From: Okamejei kenojei
Taxonomy: Eukaryota
Length of the DNA: 64,000 bases
Assembly (NCBI GenBank): GCA_035221665.1
Contig: CM069143.1
Span: forward strand, 46,128,001-46,192,000
Reading direction: 5' to 3'
The translations under genes and the position numbers were made by a program. Of the stretch, positions 35,816-50,329 are shown in pieces. The notes under the pieces were generated by a model. That model was not told the origin of the DNA. It was given only the letters and a program-made list of their open reading frames with translations, and searched no databases. The stretch's first letter is position 1. The number at the start of each line of letters is the position of its first letter.

Positions 35816-38040
35816 TGCCCATTCTCTGCTGGTTTGGTTGCCCTGAGCTCCCTTTGTGGTGCACAACCAGCAGTTGCCTTCCCTCTTGAGGCATTAGAAT
35901 TGATATCAATCAACACGAGATGGCTTCAGCAACTATGCTTGACTTCCAAAATCATTTATGCTTTACATATGGCAGTATTATGTTAATCGGCAAAACATAG
36001 CAATTGGCAACAGCAAAGTAAACACAAGTTTGAAAGAGATGCAAACGTGAAAATTCAGGCACTACCAAGACCAAGAAGAAAGGGGCATGTGTCCCTGTAC
36101 AGGACCATTTTAATTCTGGCCCATCAGATTCCATGACAAAGCTACAGTTCAGTTCACAGTACAAGTGACAGGGAAAAGACAAGAGACCATTCACCACTAG
36201 GCTAAACTTCATCCCAAATAACAGTGTCCACAGTTCGTCACTTCACACAATCAAAGGACTAGTGTGAAAGAACCTTTCATTAGCTCTGTGAATTTGATCC
36301 CCCATCACAAAGTTGAAAGGCCAGTGTTTGTTACTGCCTTTACAAAAAAAACTAGCTACTTTGTTGATTCAGGCAGATAGAATTATTAAACAGACAATGT
36401 GAGCAAGATAGCAGTTAAAATGGATGGGAGATTTAACCATCAACTTAAAATCTCTGAGATAGAAATTCATATGTGATTGAACGTGGTAACAATATAAACA
36501 GTGTGCATTTTGCCCCATTTCCGAAATTCACTTTCATTGAAGTCAAGCGACCAGGGACATTATCTTCCCCTAAATCTACCCACCCTGGTCTCAAACATAG
36601 AATACAAGGTGATAACTTCCAAATTAGTGAATGCAACAATATAATGTGATGTAGGGTGAAGTCAAACTCTGGACTCTTCCGAAATAGGAAATGTTGCAAA
36701 GGGAAAATGGAAGAAAAACATTCAAAGTGCCATTAAGTTTCATTATTTAACTAGGCTTTTACATAATTTTACTATAAAGTTAATTTTAGTTGCGGGTTAA
36801 CTGGGCTCCTTGATAGATGTGGAGATGATATTAGAGCAGTGGGCATGCCAAGAAAGGATGGCTACTTGCACCAGAGCTCTGATCCAAATTTGACATTTCT
36901 ATTGAACTGGTAAATCCTGGCTGCTAAATGCTGGTTCTGGTGCACCCAGTAAGTCATAAATATGAAATTAATTTGTGGTGGCTCTGGAGCTAAATAATAG
37001 AACTGCAAGACATGGCAAAGTTGAAAGGGGTGAGACCAGAGTGATTATCATTCAATGTACTTTTCTTGAATGGGAGCTTTGGTTGAAGGGGAAAATACTA
37101 TTGGTGGCAAGACTCCAGATCTGGAGTTTAATCAAGTACATACTAAACCCACTATAAAGCAAAGAAACAGGAATAATGGCTAGAGAGGTAATCAAGTCAG
37201 GGTTGGAAAGCACAAGTAAGTTTGGGGACTCTTGAAATGAAGCAATGGCATAGGAATGTGGAAGGCCACAGAGGCTGATTAATGAGAATTGTTTGAGTTC
37301 TCATGGAAATTATGCTTTCTTAAACAAAAAAGAGTTTATTATTTTATAGATATTATTTTTATAGTCATGCCTTCAGCTAGGTCAGATATAATCAAGATAC
37401 AAAAGATTTTTGCAGTGGAGCAGTAAAATTGAGTCACAAGAGACTTTTAGTCTGAAGAAGGGTCCCGACCTAAAACTTCACCTGTCCATTCGCTCCCCAA
37501 ATGCCGAGTTCCTCCAGCAGTTTACGTTGTGCTCAGATATATAATTGCTGGCTAGAATCATGGAAAATTTTAATTCAGTGCTTGATTGAATAAAACCACA
37601 GCTTTTCCATTGATTGCCTTCTCTGTGGAATCTTTATTTGGATCCATATTTTTTCAAATCTGTTTATGGTTAAATTGTTTGAATGACAAGATGAGAAATA
37701 AGAGTCGAGAGTTGAATAGATCTCAGGAAAGTAGATTCCCATTTAGGTGAGTAACCTAGAGTTGAGGTCATGTTCCATGACACTAAAGGACTGAAAACAA
37801 TAGAAGCAAACTCAGTGATTTCACCCATGTCACAATGGCCTGCCAATACTACAGTGCACCAATCTTGTGTGAAGTATAGTACGTCTGATATATTTTGTAT
37901 GGCTGTTTGGTTCCTTCAAGCTTGGCACGAATACTTGCAAAACTCTGAAGCCGTGTTTAAAATTCTTAATGTGCATCTGCTAATGTTTCTTCATTCATCT
38001 CCTTAGATGCATTCAATATGATAATAAAATTCCCATCCCA

Positions 38041-38255
38041 GGACAGGAAGAATTAAACCAGAGGGCAGTGAACCTGTGGAATTCATTACCACAGACAGCC
38101 GTAGAAGTCAAGACATTGGGTATTTTTAAAACAGAGATTGATAGGTTCTTGATTTGGAAGGGCATCAAAGGTTACGGGGAGAAGGCAGGAGATTGGGGTT
38201 GAATTATGGAGAAGACTCGATGGGCTGAATGGCCTAAATCTTCTCCTATCTTATG
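38041..38255 (+). mobile_element. CR1 3' end fragment
   Basis: CAGAGGGCAGTGAACCTGTGGAATTC...GATGGGCTGAATGGCCTA. Confidence 0.75.
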
Positions 38256-38589
38256 GCCCTATCTCATTTTTCTGTTGTACATTATTCATAAACTGGGTGG
38301 GATGTTGAAAATTGGGAAGTAAAAAAAATGGAGTTATTGGTTGAGAGTTTCAGATGGGAGAAGTAATTCAGCACTGAAGACTGCATCTCAGATTTCATTA
38401 TACCTACATCCTACCTGTAAAAACTATGCTCCTGTTCAGAAAATATGCACCCATGATCGAGCAGCATTTTAAGACCCCATACAATCTTTCTTATAAATAT
38501 GCCCCAGACCCAGTACATAGATGCAATCACAAAAAAAAATTCACCAATCCTCAGAATTTTAAGGAGATTAGATATGTTGCCAATTACAC

Positions 38590-39130
38590 TATCAACCTTC
38601 TACAGGTGTACAGTGATAATATACTGACTGTTTGCATCATGTACTGGTTTGGAAATTTAAATGCTCAAGAACAAAGGAGGCTACAAGATCGTGGGGCTTG
38701 CCCAGTCCATAATAGGCACTGACCACAAACAAAGGGATGTATGGGAAGTGCAGCCTCAAGAATGTAACTAATACCATCAAACACCCACACCATCTGGCCA
38801 TGCTCTCTATTTGCTGCTACCATTGGGAAGCCTATTGCAGGAACTTGAGAACAATTTGCACCAAATTCAAGAATAACTTCTTCCCATCAATCTTCAGGTT
38901 CTTGAAACACCCTGCGTAATTCTAACTAAACTCTTGCAAACCACTACAGACTGTGCACTACTATGATTGCTCTACATAGGTTGGTTTCACGGTCTAGTTA
39001 CTTCGAATAACTGATCATTTATTGTTGTTGTTGTTGTGGCGTCTAATAACGGGCTTGCAAATCCGCAGAAAGTAAGAATTTAATTGTTCCGGTTCATATC
39101 TGGTGCATCTAACAAATAAGCATTCTTGAC
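38590..39130 (+). mobile_element. Degraded Rex1/Babar LINE 3' fragment
   Basis: ILTVCIMYWFGNLNAQEQRRLQ and IKHPHHL...KFKNNFFP, homologous to 47012-47632. Confidence 0.75.
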
Positions 39131-42100
39131 TTTAATAACATTACCATTGTTAGATGTTGTACAAGTATAATAATTCTGTTTCTTTGAATCATGAGCGTTT
39201 CTGTGGAAAAGTTGAAAAGGGTCAGATTGACAATAGATAAAAATTATGGTAATGACAAGTGATTCAACCTGTGGATCGTAACGTGTCTAGTAACTAATAA
39301 AAATTGTCTCAGACTTGGATGAAATTGTTCCAAATATAGCATAAAAAAATAGAGCAACCCTGAATTTATAAATATCTCACAGGTCAGCCTGACGCCTACT
39401 GAGTGGTGAACTACTGATAAATTGGTTCAATGTGGTTTTCAGACCATTTTGTGAAAGATATTATGTTATCTTTCCTTGAGACAAATGTAATGGAAAATCA
39501 ACCAACAGTTTTCCAACCCATGGATTTCAAAGTTATTGGCTATATTTCCCCCAAAATAGTGAAGCTAATCTAATAAATAAGGCCTGACTCCACAAAGTGA
39601 AAGATGTAGCTAAACTACAAAAGGAAGGTCTCCTTGAAATGCCTTTGCTCGATGACCATGGCAATTTCATTGAACTAATGAGACAATGGTGATGGACAGA
39701 TAGGAAAATAGAGATTTCCAGTCAGATAATGAAGTCTGATTCCATCTAATCAGAAGTTCTGATTAACCTTGGATCCAGGTTAAGAATGCAAGCAGGCTCA
39801 AAGGACCAAATGACCTACCCCTACTTATTTTCTAAAATGCTGGGAAAAGCTTTCATTGAGAAGTTCATGGTGTTGCTTATGGCTGTAGAGTAATCAGGTT
39901 ATACTCACTATTTCGATTATCAGGAATAATACACAGCCGCTTTAATGATCAGCATTGTAGCATCCCTAATCCATGTCTCATCTTTAAATATTCACTAGCC
40001 ATTGATTCATGTGGTTGAGTTAGTGTGGTATAGCAACATTACTGGTCACTGGATACACTAACGTTGTTACTGTGCTGACTTCATGTGTAAGTAACAGGCT
40101 CTGTACATCCCTGCTCAGGTAATTACAGATGACATTATCAGTGAGTTAAGTTAGAGTTTCAGATGACAAGCCCACAAACAGAAATGAAAATACCGTAGAA
40201 AGCACTTAACTGTTTCTGATTTTAGTGGCCCAGCTCCATCAGTAACAAGAAATATCATATGTCTACATTAATAGTATCTGTCCTTCATTTCTCAGAACTT
40301 TACAATAATCTTTCCATTTTGAACTCCAGAGTCAGGAATACATTTGTCCAGAATTTGCTTAATTTAGGGAAATAACAAAGTCGAGTGTTCACATTGATAA
40401 AATCTTTTTAACATGTTCAACATGATAAAATGCGCTTCACACATCTGGCAGAGTTTCAACAGCAAAGAGCTACACAGCCTAATTTAGTGATTTAATTAGC
40501 ATATTTGTATCTTGTTAGTAAACTTTAATTTTGCTCAAGTAAAATCTCGGTGCTCTTTTATGATTAAAACATAGATTTGCTTTCAAGGATCAATCTAATA
40601 TCCAGTTCACTGCCTCCAAATTTCCACATAAGCTTTCACAGGAGTGACAGTGTCAAATTTCCCGATACTTATGTTTCCTTAGAATCTATTACAGAGCCCC
40701 TGTAATTGCTCTCAGACACGATCCAGAGATAATGTGTAATTTATGTTTTCAAATACCCTAAAGAGAAAAAAGTCAGAAAATATATTTGTCTGAAAAACCT
40801 CTGCTTAAAATTGTAATGTCTGGTGCATCCTCACCAGTCTTGTACGATTGAAAATTGATATGTAACCATGCATTAGGAAACTAAGAAGGTAGTTTGGGAA
40901 ATTAGGCCTCACTCGCTGCAGCAACGTGCACTAGAACACATCAGACATTTGATGCGCAGAACACACACGGAGTGGTCACTCCTTATACAATACCATTCAC
41001 TGCAGCTGTGAGACTTAAAGGGATACTCACACGATTGGTATTTGCTAGCACAGCCTGCTGCAGATTTGTTTGGAGGCTGTTCATTGATTTATGGGTCTTC
41101 TGCTATTTGCGGTGACTATGGGTGGGGTGTTCTGCCATTTACCCACTGCACATCTTTGCCCTCTCAGTGGTGGTACAGCTAAGGGTGCTACAAAAGCTGT
41201 AGCTATGGACTGGCATTTGGCAGTAAGCAGGGACCAACGGAGGAAGTAGTCTGGAAGTATTTGGAAGTTAAAGTTTTAAACTCAACGAAGACAGATATCT
41301 ATAACTTTGTGCCACACTCTCATGACTGGACTGCTCTGCCTGTGGAGGTCACGTTCACCATCGCTCAGAACTTGCTGTGCTTCATATAATTCCTCGCAGT
41401 GCCAACGGATCCATACCACATTTCAGTCGGTTGTAGGTTGCAACATTAAGGAAGCCATTGGTTCAATCAATGCAATAAATAAAATCTGTATCTACTTTTC
41501 CTTTAAGGCCGCGCACTAATAGGGATTTGCTGGAATTTGCATCTCCCCAATGGTTCGGGCAGTGGTAGACTGCTTTCACCAGGCATTTACTGAACATACA
41601 ACATGCTCAATCACAAGTAGAAATATACAACAATATAAGTTCAAGAGTGGGGCCTAATTTCCACACAGGTTAAGTTTCCCACCTGCATCTTAATTCTCTT
41701 CAATGACTTATAAACTCTATAAATTGACCTCTAAATGTGATTTGTACAAAGCCTAATAATCAAATCAATTTAAAAATAGTTACTCAAAACAAATAGCAGA
41801 TTTTAAATTTCCCACAACCAAAACAATATTTACTGGAATTTTACTTTTCTCAAATGAATTAAAATAAACTTGCCCCACTCAAAATAGTTAGAACTCATAA
41901 AAGCAGTTGTCAAACATTAATTTCAAAATCTGGTCCCTTAAATATCATATTCATATCCATATATTCATATCATATTCAAATTAAGAATCACATTTTAACC
42001 AGTGTTCCACAGTACCAGATTACTTGGAGTTTTGATTCAATTAAAGATCTTTAGTTCCTTGATTATAAATTCTCAGAGTAAAACCATTTTGAACATAGGC

Positions 42101-42423
42101 TTATATACGTGCTTAAGTAACAAGTGGTGTCATGACATTAAAATAAATGGGCATATGGTACAACACAATGAGCAGTGGGAGTGATCTACAGTCTAATTTG
42201 AACTTTATTGATTTTTCATAATGTTTTATTGTAGGTTTATATGCAAGTCCATTTATAATAAGGACCAAGTTGACATCACACTTTGTGCATTTTGTATTGA
42301 AGTAACAGTGCTGCAATCAGACTGTAAAATGCATCAAATGTGGTCCACACTCTTGCAGAGCAATAAAACAAACCTAATATTATTGCTAACAGGATGTTAT
42401 GCTGCCTGAATAAAATAGAGCAA

Positions 42424-42858
42424 GGTTAATTCCCAGGACGGCTGGACTTGTACACTCTGGAATTTAGAAGGGTGAGAGGGGATCTTATTGAAACATGTAA
42501 GATTATTAAGGGTTTGGACACTCTAGAGGCAGGAAACATGTTCTTGATGTTGGGTGAGTCCAGAACCAGGGGCCACAATTTAAGAATAAGGGGCAAGTCA
42601 TTTAGAACGGAGACGAGGAAACACTTTTTCACACAGAGAGTTGTTAGTCTGCGGAATTCTCTGCCTCAGAGGGCGGTGGAGGCGGGTTCTCTGGATACTT
42701 TCAAGAAAGAGCTAGATAGGGCTCTTAAAGATAGCGGAGTCAGGGGATATGGGGAGAAGGCAGGGACGGGGTACTGATTGGGGATGATCGGCCATGATCA
42801 CATCGAATGGCGGTGCTGGCTTGAAGGGCCGAATGGCCTACTCCTGCACCTTTTGTCT
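42424..42858 (+). mobile_element. CR1 3' fragment
   Basis: YTLEFRRVRGDLIETCKIIKG...RTRGH...FFTQRVV plus 3' UTR. Confidence 0.9.
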
Positions 42859-42970
42859 TCGTAAGTACCCCAGTGTACCTGCACAAATGCACAGTGTCTA
42901 AAACTATCATTAGTTATAAAAGAAATGGACTGAACGGAATATGGTGCAACTTTTAATTGATGCAAATCAT

Positions 42971-43305
42971 TTCAAGATTTAAGATTCAAGAGAGTTTAAT
43001 GTCATGGTTCCCAGATAGTACAATGAAATTCTTGCTTTGCTGCGGCACAACAGAATTATAGAAGGCATGAATACGGAACAGATCAGTGTGTCCATATGCC
43101 ATTGTATAAATATATACACACATGAATAAATAAAACAGAAAAAGTGCAAATAAACAAATAATGGGCTATTAATGTTCAGAGTTTTGTTTGAGTTGAGTTC
43201 AATAGCCTGATGGCTGTGGGGAAGAAGCTGTTTCTGAACCTGGACGTTGCAGTCTTCAGGCTCCTGTACCTTCTACCTAAATGTAGCGGGGAGATGAGTG
43301 TGTGT
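42971..43305 (-). mobile_element. Rex1/Babar 3' end fragment
   Basis: Close match to 46830-47140, with a (TCTTGAA)-type tail. Confidence 0.8.
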
Positions 43306-43509
43306 CCTTGACCCACACACATTTTTGTTATGATCTACAAAAACAATAGACTAAGAATTAATTCATGTTACATTGTATTCCTCTCCAGTTAAGAAGTCAC
43401 TCAACTTGGAATGGAATATGATTAATTCTTTAATGAGGATGTAGTCAGGACTCGAGGGCCTGGACCACACAGAATATTTGAGCAACCTAGCACTGCTGCG
43501 GAGTGAAAT

Positions 43510-43845
43510 GTGATCTTACGGAGGTGTAAAAAATCCTGAGATAGGGAGAATGCACAGAGTCTTTTTCACAGGGTAGGGGAATTAAGAACTAGGGGCTATA
43601 GGTTTTAGGTGAGAAGGAAAAGATAAAAAATGGAATCTGATCGACAACTTTTCCCCACACAGAGGGTGGTGGCGAAATGGAATGTGCTGCCAGTGGAAGT
43701 ATATGCTAATCGGATGCCCCATCTAAGCTAGCCCCATTTACCCACCTATCCATGTACCTGCCCAAATGTCATTTAAATGTTGTTATTGTACTTTCCTCAA
43801 CTATTTCTTCTGGCAGCTCATTTCATTTACCCACCTTCCACTCAT
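43510..43845. mobile_element. Rearranged CR1 3' fragments (plus then minus)
   Basis: AGAACTAGGGG...CACACAGAGGGTGGT followed by the inverted TATCCATGTACCTG...CTGGCAGCTCATT segment. Confidence 0.6.
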
Positions 43846-44408
43846 AAGGCATAACTCACTCAGTAGAAGTAAAATCTAAAGGTAGATTTTGAAGAATTCA
43901 AGAGAAAAACAGAGAGATATATAGAAGACAATGACACAGAGAGATAGATAGAAGACACTTACTTACGCAATAACAGAACACACAAAATTTCCGAAAGAAG
44001 CAATATTTGAAAAGTGACAGTTAAGAAACATATAGTGCAATAAAAAGGCTAAAGAACAAAATAAAAGCGTAAGATATTCAAATGCAATTTTGAGATTCTG
44101 GAATGCTGTTAATAATTTATTCCTGCAAACCAGCAGTGTTCATATATTACATATTCCAGGTATTTCAGGTATTCCATATTCCAATATGTCCTTTAGAAAG
44201 AACAGATAAAGTGGAAGGGGATGAGGAAAAATGTTATTGACTATATAGACTATTACTATATTAGCAAGGGAGGATAGAGGAACGGGAAGCAATCAGTAAA
44301 TAAACCATAGTCGTAACTGATGAATAAGATAGATCTTAACTGCAATTGGGACATCTGAAAACCCCATATTATTATTGCTGAAGTAACTGCATTAATTCAT
44401 TCAGAGAC

Positions 44409-44720
44409 CGCCACGGTGGCGCAGCGGTAGAGTTGCTGCCATGCAGCAAATGCAGCGCCGGAGACCCTTCGATACTACAGGTGCTGTCTGTACGGGGTTT
44501 GTACGTTCGCCCCGTGACCTGCGTGGGTTTTCTCCGAGATCTTCAGTTTCCTCCCACACTCCAATGACGTACAGGCGTGTGGGTTAATTTGGTAAATGTA
44601 AACAAAAATTATCACTAGTGGGTGTAGGAAGGTGTTAATGTGCGGGGATCGCTGGTCGGCGAGGACCCGGTTGGCCGAAGGGCCTGTTTCCATGCTGTAT
44701 CTCTAAACTAAACTAAACTA
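44409..44720 (+). mobile_element. HE1-like SINE
   Basis: CACGGTGGCGCAGCGGTAGAGTTGCTGCC head; GGCCGAAGGGCCTGTTTCC...(CTAAA)n tail. Confidence 0.9.
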
Positions 44721-46244
44721 TAAAATTAGAGAGGGTCAGAGCACAAGTAAATATATTTTAGTTGAGACTAATGTTCAGTACCTTCAATGAGGACATTGCA
44801 ACAGCAGAACCAATGAGACGGCAGGCCATTCAGGGCTTTGTAATGTGTAGTGAGCCAGATTTAGTTAGTAATTTTTTAGTAAGGGATATACATGTAAAGG
44901 TAATAATAAACATTAATGTGATTGTGACCTTTCAGATTTTTGAATAAGGACCTTTTCCCATTGGTAGGCAAGTATGGAGCAGGATGTAACTGGAACATCA
45001 CCAGGTCAATCAGGAGAGTAAATGCGGAATGTACCTTCACACCAACCCTCCTCCGCAAATATATCAACATTCCTTCATTGCAGACGAGACTGAATTCTGC
45101 AACTTTCTACCAGACAGAATGCATCAACACCTTCTCACAGGCAGCCAAAGCTAACCTTGCCTGTACCACCACATCCTTAAAATGAATAGAAAACCTGACA
45201 GATGTTTGAGCATATAATGCATTAAATATTGTGAACACATTTATCATTGTTGTCAATATTATAAAATGTTATTGTTAACTTCCAATCTGATTATGGAGTG
45301 TGGAAATGCAAGGTTGTATTTTTAATAGTTATATTAGTATCAAGGGATGCCCACTTTATTTTGACTGGAAAATTACTCTCACTGTGCCAGAACTGTCTGG
45401 TCATCAGCCACCATCATATGAGACACTGGATTTGACTAATGACCCAAAGTATCAAACTGATTCATCCTGCACTGCCATTGACCTACCATCTACCTCATTG
45501 AAGACCCTCGGACTATTTTTAATTGGACTTTATCTGACACTCAACATTATTTCCTTTATCATGTATCTGTACACTGTGAAAGGCTTCATTGAATCATGCA
45601 TAATCTTTCCATTGACTGGCTAGCACACAACAAAAACATTTTCCTTGCTGTACTTAGTTACACATGACAATAAAGTAAACTAAACAAAACAATTTTTGTT
45701 TGGTAGTAAGTTCCAGAATTCTGTCTCATCAGCAATAAAGGAATGGTGATATATTTACTGGCCATGATGTTATGCGCGTTGGAGGGAATCCTGCAGATAT
45801 TGGTTATCCTATGTGTCCACAGCCCTCATCTTCCTTGATGGAAGAGGAAAGTTGATGTGAAGACATTCACCACTTTCTTTCTTGAGCCAGGCAGCAGGTA
45901 ATTATTTGAGACCAGTCAATGGCTAAGCATGGCTTTAAAGATGAAACTATTTTGAAATGGAGCCATAGCTTTAACAACAGAGATAGAAACAACCCTACTG
46001 TTGTGTTTTTAATTACTGGGATTGTCAATTATTAAACCTTTCTCATGTTCTTCTTCTTGCGTATGCCGTGCACAGCCTAAGGTTGGAGGTCAACTTGTTC
46101 TATTTGATCTTGTTTGCGCACGTTGCGTTGATAGCATTAGTCGAATCAGGGAGTACCACGTGAAGGTCGCAATCTCCCACCCCTTTCTCATATTACCACA
46201 TAGGCATTCCAAATAGATTACGAAAGTAATCATGAATGAACTGT

Positions 46245-46757
46245 GTTGGACAGTAGAGAGCATACTGCTGTTTGTATCGTGGCCTGGTTCGGCATCTTGA
46301 CATCCATGAGCTGAAAAGACTGCAAAAAGTTGTAAACACTGCCCAGGCCACCACTGGTTCTGACCCCCCCTCCCCACTATCGAAGGGATCTATCGTAGTC
46401 GCTGCATCAAAAACGCAGGCAACATCTTCAAAGACCCACACCATCCTGGCCACACACTCATCTCACCACTGCCATCGGGAAGAAGGTACAGGAGCCTGAG
46501 AACTGTAACGTCCAGGTTCAGGAACAGCTTCTTCCTTACAGCCATCAGGCTATTAAACACTACAGCCTCATAAGCTATGAACTACATTATTCTATTATTA
46601 TTATTATTATTATTATTGCACTGTTATTATTTGTTCTTTTTTCCTGAGTTTTTATTATATTATTTATTATGATTACATATTCTGTTGTGCTGCAGCAAGT
46701 AAGAATTTCATTGTTCTATCTTGGACACATGACAATAAAATATTTTTGACTCTTGAG
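46245..46757 (+). mobile_element. Rex1/Babar 3' fragment
   Basis: KRLQKVVNTAQ and DPHHPGH coding remnants, 3' UTR with (ATT)n and GACAATAAA. Confidence 0.85.
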
Positions 46758-46814
46758 TAGGAAATTTTAAACCAGGCAATCATAAACAAATTGTTATATG
46801 TTTATTGGGATCAT

Positions 46815-48049
46815 TTCAAGTCAAGTCAGGAGTCAAGTGAGTTTATTGTCATGTGTCCCAGATAGGACAATGGAATTCTTGCTTGCTGCAGCACAACAGA
46901 ATATTGTAGGCATAAATACAGATCAGATCAGTGTGTCTATATACCATAGAATATATATATATACACACACACTCATAAATAATCAGATAAAGTGCAATAG
47001 GCTGTTATAGTTCAGAGTTTGTTTGAAGTTGTGTTTAATAGTCTGATGGCTGTGGGAAAGAAGCTGTTCCTGAACCTGGATGTTACAGATTTCAGGCTCC
47101 TGTACCTTCTACCTGATGGAAGCGGAGATCTGAGTGTGTGGCCAGGATGGTGTGGGTCCTTGATGATGCTGGCAGCCTTTTTGAGGCAGCGACTGCGATA
47201 GACCTCCTCGATGGTGGGGAGGTCAGAGCCAGTGATGGACTGGGCAGTGTTTACAACTTTTTGCAGCCTTTTCCGCTCCTGGACGCTCAGGTTGCCGTAC
47301 CAAGCCACGATGCACGAGTCAGCATGCTCTCTACTGTGCACCTGTAGAAGTTCGAGAGATTCCTCCTTGAATATTCCGACTCGCCGTAATCTTCTCAGGA
47401 AGTAGAGGCGCTGATGTGTTTTCTTTATGACTGCATCAGTGTTCTGGGACCAGGAGAGATCTTTGGAAATATGCACGCCCAGGAATTTTAAGTTCTTGAC
47501 CCTTTCCACCATTGACCCGTTGATATAAATGGGACTGTGGGTCCCCATTCTACCCCTTCCAAAGTCCGCAATCAGTTCCTTGGATTTACTGGTGTCGACA
47601 GCCAAGTTATTGTGCTGGCACCATTTGGTCAATCAGTCGATCTCACTTCTGTACTCCAACTCATCCCCATCAGTGATACGTCCCACAACAATGGTGTCAC
47701 CGGCGAACTTGATGATGGAGTTCGCACCATGTCCTGCTACGCAGTCATGAGTATAGAGTGAGTACAGCAAGGGGCTGAGCACGCAGCCTTGAAGTGCTCC
47801 CGTGCTGATTGTTATCGAGGATGACACATTTCCGCCAATATGGACAGACTGTGGTCTGTGAATGAGGAAGTCGAGGATCCAATTGCAGAGGGATGCGCAG
47901 AGACCCAGATCTGAGAGCTTGGTAACCAGCTTGGAGGGGATGATGGTATTAAATGCCGAGCTGTAGTCAATAAATGACAGCCTGACATATGAGTTTTTGT
48001 TGTCCAAGTGGTCCAGAGCGCAGTGGAGAGCCAGTGAGATCGCATACAC
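46815..48049 (-). mobile_element. Rex1/Babar LINE, 5'-truncated, RT domain frameshifted
   Basis: [50 protein letters not shown]; (CTTGA)n tail. Confidence 0.92.
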
Positions 48050-48859
48050 CGTTTCTGCAACTGCAAGATAAATTGCGAAGAAAGAATAACATAAAGGTCT
48101 AATTGTTTGTTATTTTTATATTCGGATATATTTGGAGTTATAAACATACATTTGCAAACATTCAACCAAATCACTGTTTCCAGAAATCTAATCTTTCACA
48201 GGGTTATGAATGTGCAAAAGAATTACCACAACTAGTTGCTCCAGATCAGACTGTGGCATGAAGTGGTCTGTTTTCAATTACACTGATTGACTGGGTGATG
48301 AATGTGTAAGATTTGCCAAGTGCCACAATCAATTGTGTGAAGGGGTCACATCCTTATAAAATCAATCAGTCTTTCCTACAATCCAACTACACTTGGTTCG
48401 AACCCCCATGATTCAATTAGGGTTGTTGAACTGGTTTTAAAAGTTAGTTATAAATAACACTTCTTTGATAAAATGCAAATCTAGAAATTCTATTGCATTT
48501 GAAGGATGTAATTGTGGTCAAACGATACCCACATGAGCAGAGCTACATTTTACAAGCTCTGCGTTGAAGGTGGTGGAATTATGACTAAAAGTGGCCAAAT
48601 TAATTAAAAACAGAGCACAAACATAATAGTATCTGGAGTACTAGCTGAAGCATGCATAAATTAGCATCTGGTTATTGATATTAGAGAGTTGACTGTGAGG
48701 CCCAGTTATCAGTGGAAGAAACAGGTTACAATTCATTGCACAACCATTATTTTACTGAGGACAGAAGAAGCTGTTATGTTGGAATGCACAACTTGAAACA
48801 GACTAGGACTGATTTTATGCCTGTGAATTGTTGGCTTTATCAAGAACATTTGAGGATGA

Positions 48860-49250
48860 TCATATTCCAAATATATAGGGCCCTGGAGAGATCACACCTG
48901 GAAAATTGTGTGCAGGTCTACCCAAAGCAGGGTACGTTTGTGATAGAGGGACAGCGAATAGAAGAAAATCCAGGTTGATTCCAGGCATTGGGCATAATTT
49001 GTTTTTGGGAAATTTTAAACAGAGGCAAGAAATCTTACACTGTAGCTATATTCTCCGAGCCTAATGGAGCAAACGCTGATCCCTTTGAAACTCACTACAT
49101 TCTTACAGCATCCAACAAGATAAATGTAGGAATGATGGTTCCTCTGGTTGGAATCAAAATATGGAGTCAGACATTTAGGGCTGAGATGAGAAGAAATCCC
49201 TTGATCCCTAGAGCAGTGAATCCTTGGACATTTCTACCCAAGAGTGTTCT
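48860..49250 (+). mobile_element. Old CR1 3' fragment
   Basis: YRALERSHLENCVQ and FRAEMRRN...RAVNPW remnants. Confidence 0.65.
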
Positions 49251-49644
49251 GATGACGATGGGCATCAGTTTCAAACCACTTCTTCAAACCCCTTTCTATC
49301 CTAGATGTAAACTGGATACTGTTAGTGCAGTTAAAATAGAACTATTGGCCGAAGCAGGCTAATCACAGCTGCTCGATAACTTCTGTCTGACAAGAATGAC
49401 ACTCGCCTACTAACGAAATGCACAATCTGAAAAGAAACTAATGTCCCATTTTTAAATAAAAGGCAGGCAAAACACAGGGAGATAAATTTATTACCCAAGT
49501 GGTGAAGAAGAAAATTATGCATCATTTCTACCTGCCTCCACCTCGCTGAAATATTACCAGCCACAATAGCTCCAGTCTTAAGATAGCGTGAAGTTGGTAT
49601 ATTCACAGTGCTTCTGACAAAATGTATCCATGGAATGATCACGT

Positions 49645-49858
49645 TCATGTTATAGGAGTAGAATTCGGCCATTTGGCCCATCGAGTCTATTCCGCCATTC
49701 AATCATGGCTGCTTCCATTTTCCTGCCTTCTCCCCATAACCTTTGACAGCCATTCTAATCAAGAATTTATCTATCTCTGCCTTAAAAATATCCGCTGACT
49801 TGGCCTCGACAGCCCTCTGTGGCAATGAATTCCACAGATGAACGACCCTCTGACTAAA
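49645..49858 (-). mobile_element. CR1 3' end fragment
   Basis: Reverse complement of the CR1 3' UTR (TAGGAGTAGAATTCGGCCATT...CCTTCTCCCCATAACC). Confidence 0.8.
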
Positions 49859-50329
49859 TGATAACACAATGTTTATTCCATGTGTTAAGATATGACTGCA
49901 TAAACTCTACTCCTTTTACTTATGTTCTTAATAGACATTTCAAACTAAATTTTCAATATGCGAGTAATGCCAGCTCAATTACATGAAGCATGATACACAA
50001 TGACTCTTCCATTATGATTGTCACAGAAACAATTGGTTTTGAAGAATTCTCTTTCTCTTAAAAGCTAATTTTAAACGGCTTCTATACATCTTTCTGAAGA
50101 CAGTGGTTTAGAAAAGATAGGAAAAATGACCAAGAAATGTGTACCTATAATTTGTTCTTGTTAACGGCAGTCATTTAGCACTCATAGGCACCTGTCAGTG
50201 TAAACACTTATAACATCTACTGAAAGATAACCAACAATATTTTGAGGGAGAACAAGGGAACTTCATTCTGAAATAAAAAATGAAATATAAAATGTCAACT
50301 ATCATTTGACCTCTACTTTCTCAATATTT

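Noticed and set aside
41307-41519. ORF with CC-x20-C-x15-C spacing like a CC chemokine
   Set aside because: Non-ATG start, no signal peptide, no introns, and lacks the P...W motif after the last cysteine.
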